Program-made: the position numbers and the translations under genes | Source: Longimicrobiales bacterium | Lineage (GTDB): Bacteria > Gemmatimonadota > Gemmatimonadetes > Longimicrobiales > Gaopeijiaceae | DNA: 64,000 bases | Direction of reading: 5' to 3' | Assembly (NCBI GenBank): GCA_965226375.1 | Contig: CBDDCX010000006.1 | Location: 1-64,000 of the forward strand | Shown: piece by piece, positions 57,934 to 64,000 of the stretch | How the letters are laid out: every line of letters begins with the position of its first letter | How positions within the stretch are numbered: position 1 is the stretch's first letter | Notes under the pieces: model-generated | Database searches by the model: none | Told to the model about the DNA's origin: nothing | Seen by the model: only the letters and a program-made list of their open reading frames with translations

Positions 57934-59303
57934 TGATCTTGCCCCGAGTTGGTGGACACTTCCAGACTGAGGTAAAGGAGGTGTCACGGTGGGAGGAACG
58001 AGGAAGCCGTATCCGGTGGAGTTTCGGAACCAGATGGTGGAGTTGGTCCGGGCAGGTCGGAGTCCAGAGCAGTTGGCGAAAGAGTTTGAGCCCACGGCGA
58101 CCACGATCCGGAAATGGGCGGATCGGGCGGACCGTGACGAGGGCCGTCGAAGTGACGGTCTGACGACACCGGAGCGTGAGGAACTGAGTCGGCTGAAGCG
58201 TGAACTCCGGCAGGTGAAGCTGGAGCGGGAGATCTTAGCAAAAGCCACGGCCTGGTTCGCACGGGAGACCGGCTCGATGCCGTCCGGAGGTTCGAGTTCG
58301 TGAAGGCTCATCAGGCCGAATATCCGATTGCCACGCAGTGTCGAGTGCTGGGAGTCTCTACCAGCGGATACTATGCGTGGCTCAAGCGAGCCCCTGCGGC
58401 CCGATCGAAGGCGAACGCAGAGCTGTTGGAGGAAATCAAGAGGAGCCACAAGAAAAGCGACGGGACGTACGGTGCACCGAGGATCCACGCCGATCTTCCG
58501 AAGGAGATGGGTGCGAGCCTGAACCGGGTGGCTCGTGTGATGTGCGACGTGGGGATCCAAGGCGTGACACGGCGGAAATGGACGAAGACGACGGTGCGCG
58601 ATGAGGACGAACGAGCGGCGCCGGACCTGGTGGATCGGGCCTTCACGGCGACGGGCCCAGACCAGCTCTGGGTGGCTGACATCACGTACATCCCGACGTG
58701 GGCGGGCTTCCTGTATCTGGCGGTGGTGATGGATGTGTGGAGCCGTCGGATCGTGGGCTGGGCGATGGCGACACACCTCAGGACGGAGCTGGTGCTGGAC
58801 GCGTTGAACATGGCGCTCCGGCAACGACGGCCCGAGGCTGTGGTCCATCACTCGGACCAGGGAAGCCAGTACACGTCTGTCGCGTTCGGGGGGCGCTGCA
58901 AACAGGCGGGCGTACGGCCGTCGATGGGCTCGGTGGGCGACTGCTACGACAATGCCATGTCCGAGTCATTTTTCGCGACGCTCGAGTGTGAGCTCATCGA
59001 CCGCTATCGGTTCAAGACCCAGGCCGAGGCGAGGATGGCGGTTTTCGGGTTCATCGAGGGCTGGTACAACCCGCGGCGGCGGCACTCCTCCCTGGGCTAC
59101 GAGTCACCGATAAGCTTCGAGGAGAACCATGCAAACAGGAGCGCCGCTTGTCCGGCTGCCGCGGGCACGGCAACCTTCAACGAGCCGGGCATGCTGCTAC
59201 TCCCCTGCGCCTCCGGCGCAGCGGAAGCTTCTGACTCCAAAGGCTCTTGGGAGAAGAGAGAAAACACAAGCACTTAACCGTCCACCGATTCGGGGTAGGT
59301 CCA
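57934..59303 (+). mobile_element. IS3-family element (orfA 57989-58303, orfB 58300-59277)
   Basis: TG..CA inverted repeats TGATCTTGCCCCGAGTTGGTGGAC / GTCCACCGATTCGGGGTAGGTCCA; WVADITY, HHSDQGSQY, DNAMSESFF. Confidence 0.92.
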
Positions 59304-59388
59304 GTCATCGGTTGCCTCGTTCGTTTTGGATGTCCATAGTGCAGGTCGTGGTCACACCCGGTTGGGCCAATCTCGGAGGGCCATTCGC

Positions 59389-59661
59389 ATGGCAAGCCCG
59401 GAAGACCAGGTTTGGATCAACCAATTCGAGCACGAAGGAGAGGAACTGGTCCAGCGTAATTTTGACCGCGGCCATTACGGCCATCGCACGAGGCATGAAA
59501 ATGCTGCGCGCCGGTGGCTTCGAGGCAAGAAGGCCGCACGGCTCAACCCCAAAGTCCCGGTGAGTGCACCTGTCTTGCTCGGTCTCCCTACAGCGGAGTC
59601 CAGCCCTTCCCGCAAGGAGCGCTTGAAGGTGTGGCTTGCAATTATCCGTGGGTCGTTCTGA
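59389..59661 (+). CDS. Hypothetical protein
   Basis: SD GGAG and ATG; no recognised motif. Confidence 0.35.
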   Translation: MASPEDQVWINQFEHEGEELVQRNFDRGHYGHRTRHENAARRWLRGKKAARLNPKVPVSAPVLLGLPTAESSPSRKERLKVWLAIIRGSF

Positions 59662-59743
59662 TGGGAACCTCACGCCCGCCTTTCCAGCCGGGCCTCCGGT
59701 TCGGTAACCTGCGAGTGCACTCCACCTCCTATGGGGGGAAGTC

Positions 59744-59938
59744 GTGAACGTGAATGGCAAGAAGCTCGAAGGCCTCATCGTGCTCATCACCGGGATCGGG
59801 GTCTTGGTCGTTTCCCTCTTGGCCGATGTCATCGGGATCGCGAACGCCCCCGGTTTCGGAAGCGAGCAGACGATGGGGACGATGCTTGGCGTGGTGATAA
59901 TCGGCGGCGGCCTTATCCTGGCGCGTCGAGCGTCATAG
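59744..59938 (+). CDS. Small two-TM membrane protein
   Basis: Two hydrophobic helices. Confidence 0.55.
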   Translation: MNVNGKKLEGLIVLITGIGVLVVSLLADVIGIANAPGFGSEQTMGTMLGVVIIGGGLILARRAS

Positions 59939-60505
59939 CCGCCGCTTCTGTAGCCGTGGCAACCGCCGTACCACCATCAGACCATGAGCCTGTCTGCCAT
60001 GCGCCATCAGGCCATGACCCCGCCTTCCACGAGGCGCCTATAGCGGACATCAGGCGTCACCCTCTGTTGCTGTGGCCGTCGTCGCCATCACCTCGGACAC
60101 GGTAGCCCTCCTCGCGGTGATAGGCTGTGGGTGGGCGGTCGCGTCGCCCTGAGCTTCGGCTGGCGCCATGGACGCTGAGCCCGTGATGGGTTGGGCGTTG
60201 GCTTCCTACTCCGCGTTACCGACGTTGAGCGTCAGCCTTTTCGCAGCATGGGATTTGTGAGTGTGATCATCGCGTCGGCGATATTTGCGCTGGGGCTGCC
60301 GTTTGTCCTGTTGTAGGCCCTAGTCCGCTACGACCCTGGTCACCGTCTCACTACAAAACGGCATCGGCCACTGCCCAGGCCGATCCGTCTTCACCTCGAA
60401 CTCCTCATGCTCCTGCATCAAGTGCAAGAACAAATCGTGGGCTTCACGAGCAGAGTGGCATGCGGTAGTGACGTGAGAGGCTGAACGTCACCTCAGTCGG
60501 CGTCA

Positions 60506-60795
60506 TTAGGGTGTCGGCCGGCACAGCATGTCGGACCGTCCTGATGCTAGGGACGCCCTCCATTGTTTACGTGCAAGGACAATCTGAGCATTGCGTCCGG
60601 TGAACGGTGGTTCCCCCACCAGCATCTCGTAGACGATGCAGGCCGGGCTGTAGATGTCGGAGCGCCCGTCGAGATCCGCGCTTCCCGTCGCTTGCTCCGG
60701 GCTCATGTAGTAGGGCGTCCCCACGCTGAGGCCGGTCTGAGTGAGGCGGTCGCCGCCTGCCGCTCCCACCGCGAGCGCGATCCCGAAGCCGGCCG
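60506..60795 (-). pseudogene. Ser/Thr protein kinase fragment
   Basis: FGIA..LTQTG..GTPYYMSPEQ..DGRSDIYS..YEMLVGEPPF only. Confidence 0.85.
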
Positions 60796-61044
60796 TACGA
60801 AGAAAAGGAACAGGGTCGGATAGAAGACGTATAGCGACGGACGCCTGGTCTCATAGATCTCGTAGAGGCGGCGTAGCGAGAATCGCCACTCCTCGATTAC
60901 GGGATTCGTGGCGTTCAAGTGACCTCCTGGCACAGCCTGACGTTCCGGGACGAGCGGGAAAGCAAGATCATCCAACCAATATGGCGACGTCCCTGGCCTC
61001 GCATCAGTCCCATCCAGCCATCGCCCAACCTCAGCATCACCACC

Positions 61045-61326
61045 ATGGGTATAGCTTCCTTCGGATTCGACTCAGTGCAGTCGCAGACTCGCACGCCTCG
61101 GCTGACCATCCGCTGCGAGTATCCTGACACGCTCATGGCACCTACGGAGGTCACGTTTAGGCTCTCACCTCACTACGGCATCTACTCTGCTCGAGAGGCC
61201 CACGATTGGTTCCTACGCATGATGCAGGAGCATGAGGAGTTCGAGGTGGAGACGGATCGTAGAGGACTGCCGTCGAAGGATGTCGCCCACGCCGGCGGTT
61301 GGAAGGACATCGAGACAACGGGCTAG
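61045..61326 (+). CDS. Hypothetical small protein with paralogous fragments at 24650-24801 and 60380-60517
   Basis: LTIRCEYPD..PTEVTFRLSPHYG motif shared across copies. Confidence 0.5.
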   Translation: MGIASFGFDSVQSQTRTPRLTIRCEYPDTLMAPTEVTFRLSPHYGIYSAREAHDWFLRMMQEHEEFEVETDRRGLPSKDVAHAGGWKDIETTG

Positions 61327-61466
61327 TCAGCTACGTCCGATCCGACGCCGCCACTGTGCTTCGGGTGGTCGAGAACAGCGCTTGACGAGACACGTTTGGG
61401 ACACGGTAGCGGAAACAAGAAAGCGCCGCAGGGCCGGAAAGCCTTGCGGCGCTTTGCTTTTCTCAG

Positions 61467-61540
<74 letters not shown>

Positions 61541-61801
61541 TTTTTGCGGAACCGAATCGGCCACCGCGATGCTAATGATCGCCACTTCATGGCGCGGGTC
61601 AAGGTGGGGTGTGGGAGCTTCGAACGTGCCTCTCCCTCCCACAGGTCGTGGTTGCCCCATGCTGTGGAAACGATCCATACTCCTTCGTTGCTAAAGTGTT
61701 GAAGGACCTGGTGGGATGGCCATGAGAAGGCCCGAAGTCCTTCTTCCCATGCTGCCGCGGGTCACCGTCCGCGCAGCGCCTGATGAGCGAACGCTCTCGA
61801 T

Positions 61802-63556
61802 ATGACAGACCAGAAGCGCAGACTAACGGCCATCCTGAGCGCCGATGTGGTCGGTTATTCCCGGTTGATGGGCGATGACGAGGAAGCGACGATCGAAGTC
61901 CTCGTGGATTGTCGGGATGTGTTCAGCAAGCGTGTGGAGAACCACGACGGCCGGGTGGTCGACACGGCCGGTGACAGCGTTCTCAGCGTCTTCGATAGCG
62001 TGGTCGAAGCGGTGCGCTGTGCGATGGAGATTCAGGTCGCGCTGTCCGAGCGAAACGCGGATCTCAAAGAAGATCGCAAGATGCGATTCCGTATCGGCAT
62101 CAACCTGGGCGACATCATCGAGAAAGAAGACGGGACCGTCTATGGCGACGGCGTGAACATCGCGGCTCGCATGGAGGCGTTGGCTGAACCTGGCGGTGTG
62201 ACGCTATCGGACGACGCATACCGCCAAGTTCGCACCAAGCTCGAGGTGACGTTCGAGGACATGGGTGACCAAGAGGTCAAGAACATTGCGGAGCGGATCC
62301 GTGCCTTCCGCCTAGTGGACTCCGACAGCACGCGACCTGGACCGGTCTCTCAGGCTCCGTTGGAGTTGCCGGACAAGCCGTCGATCGCGGTGCTGCCGTT
62401 TCACAATCTGAGTGGCGACCCCGAGCAGGAGTACTTCTCGGACGGACTCACCGAGGACGTTATCACGGACCTCTCGAAGCTATCCGGCCTGTTCGTGATC
62501 GGTCGCAACTCGTCCTTCACGTACAAAGGAAAGACGGTGGACCTGACGAGGGTCGGAAGGGATCTCGGCGTTCATTACGCGCTGGAGGGAAGTGTGCAGA
62601 AGTCCGGCAACCGCGTGCGCATCAACGCCAAGCTCGCCCATACGACTACCTCCCAATACGTCTGGACCGAACGGTACGAGGGGACCTCCGACGACATCTT
62701 CGCCCTGCAGGATGACATCACCGGAAAGATCGTGGCGGCCCTCTCCGTCCAGCTGACCGCAGCAGAGGAGAAACAGCGGGGAAGCGAGTACACAACCAGC
62801 GCCGAAGCTCATGATCTCTTCCTCAGAGCTCGGGTTCTGTACCGTCAACCCAGTCCAGTGACGAACGCCGAGGCCCTCGTGATGTTCGATGCGGCCCTAG
62901 ACCTGGATCCAGGATTCGCGCTGGCCCTGGCGTATCGCAGCTACGTGAAGTTCCATGCGTGGTTTTTCGGCTGGAATACCGATCCTGACGCCATGGACTT
63001 GGCGATTCGGGACGCCGAGAATTCCGTCGCCCAGGATCCGAACCTGGCCCTCGGGCACTCGTTCCTGGGCTGGATGCACATGTGGAAGGACGGGCATCAG
63101 CGCAGCCTCTCCGAACATGAACAGGCGCTAGCTCTCGACCCGAATTCTTCGGAGGCCCAACTCTTCTATTCCTCGAGCCTCATCTTCAGCGGGCACCCGG
63201 AGCTGGCGGAAGCGCCTATGCTACTTGCGAGCCGCCTGGATCCGCACCTCTCGGCTCCGGCCCTGCTCAACTTCGTCCACCTTTACCTCCAGACGGGGCG
63301 GTACGCGGAGGCCGAACGATATAGGGATGAGCTACTGGAAAAGGCGCCCGACTATCCCGTCGCTTACGTGTACGACACAATGCTCCGAAACGCTTGTGGT
63401 GACGCGGAGGGCGTGCGGAGGTCTGGTGAAGAGATTCTCAGGTTGATGCCCAACGCCACCGTAACCGCTCTCAGCCGGCAGTACCCTTACAGGAAGCCCG
63501 AGCATCAGGCCCGATTGCTCGAAGGCTTGAGGGCGGCCGGGCTACCCGAGTCCTAG
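61802..63556 (+). CDS. Class III adenylate/guanylate cyclase with TolB-N-like and TPR domains
   Basis: ILSADVVGYS, AGD, RIGINLGD, GDGVNIAAR, SIAVLPF..YFSDGLTED, TPR repeats. Confidence 0.92.
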   Translation: MTDQKRRLTAILSADVVGYSRLMGDDEEATIEVLVDCRDVFSKRVENHDGRVVDTAGDSVLSVFDSVVEAVRCAMEIQVALSERNADLKEDRKMRFRIGINLGDIIEKEDGTVYGDGVNIAARMEALAEPGGVTLSDDAYRQVRTKLEVTFEDMGDQEVKNIAERIRAFRLVDSDSTRPGPVSQAPLELPDKPSIAVLPFHNLSGDPEQEYFSDGLTEDVITDLSKLSGLFVIGRNSSFTYKGKTVDLTRVGRDLGVHYALEGSVQKSGNRVRINAKLAHTTTSQYVWTERYEGTSDDIFALQDDITGKIVAALSVQLTAAEEKQRGSEYTTSAEAHDLFLRARVLYRQPSPVTNAEALVMFDAALDLDPGFALALAYRSYVKFHAWFFGWNTDPDAMDLAIRDAENSVAQDPNLALGHSFLGWMHMWKDGHQRSLSEHEQALALDPNSSEAQLFYSSSLIFSGHPELAEAPMLLASRLDPHLSAPALLNFVHLYLQTGRYAEAERYRDELLEKAPDYPVAYVYDTMLRNACGDAEGVRRSGEEILRLMPNATVTALSRQYPYRKPEHQARLLEGLRAAGLPES

Positions 63557-63595
63557 CAGGGAACGCGCCCGCCGCCGAGGCGACGGGCGCGGTAC

Positions 63596-63977
<382 letters not shown>

Positions 63978-64000
63978 TATCAAACCCGCTGGGACGAAAA

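Overview
High-GC bacterial window. The repeated PadR/ADOP-type ABC permease clusters, ECF sigma/anti-sigma pairs and kinase remnant suggest a Gemmatimonadota- or Acidobacteriota-like host (inference). Bases 1-30.6 kb are a layered accessory region: a decayed IS256; an operon of an XRE/ImmA-type regulator, inositol monophosphatase and bifunctional IPCT/DIPPS; a nested integrase/IS481/IS3 stack; and a decayed conjugative element. That element has an integrase fused to a coupling-protein tail, a frameshifted VirB11-like ATPase, ardC and an AlpA remnant. Its ardC is split by an intact 10.4-kb integrative mobilizable element with a 14-bp direct repeat, an integrase, a ColE1-type mob cassette between two inverted oriT-like copies, and a complete type I R-M system. 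Further cargo: a TIGR04255-like/unknown/ART-like three-gene operon and a Cre-like recombinase flanked by two inverted lox-like sites. Bases 30.6-55.6 kb are mostly ordinary chromosomal genes. Bases 55.6-61.5 kb hold gene fragments, a LicD/cytidylyltransferase pair and an IS3 beside tRNA-Arg(CCG), followed by an adenylate cyclase-TPR gene and rnpB. Family calls come from motif recognition only; no searches were run.
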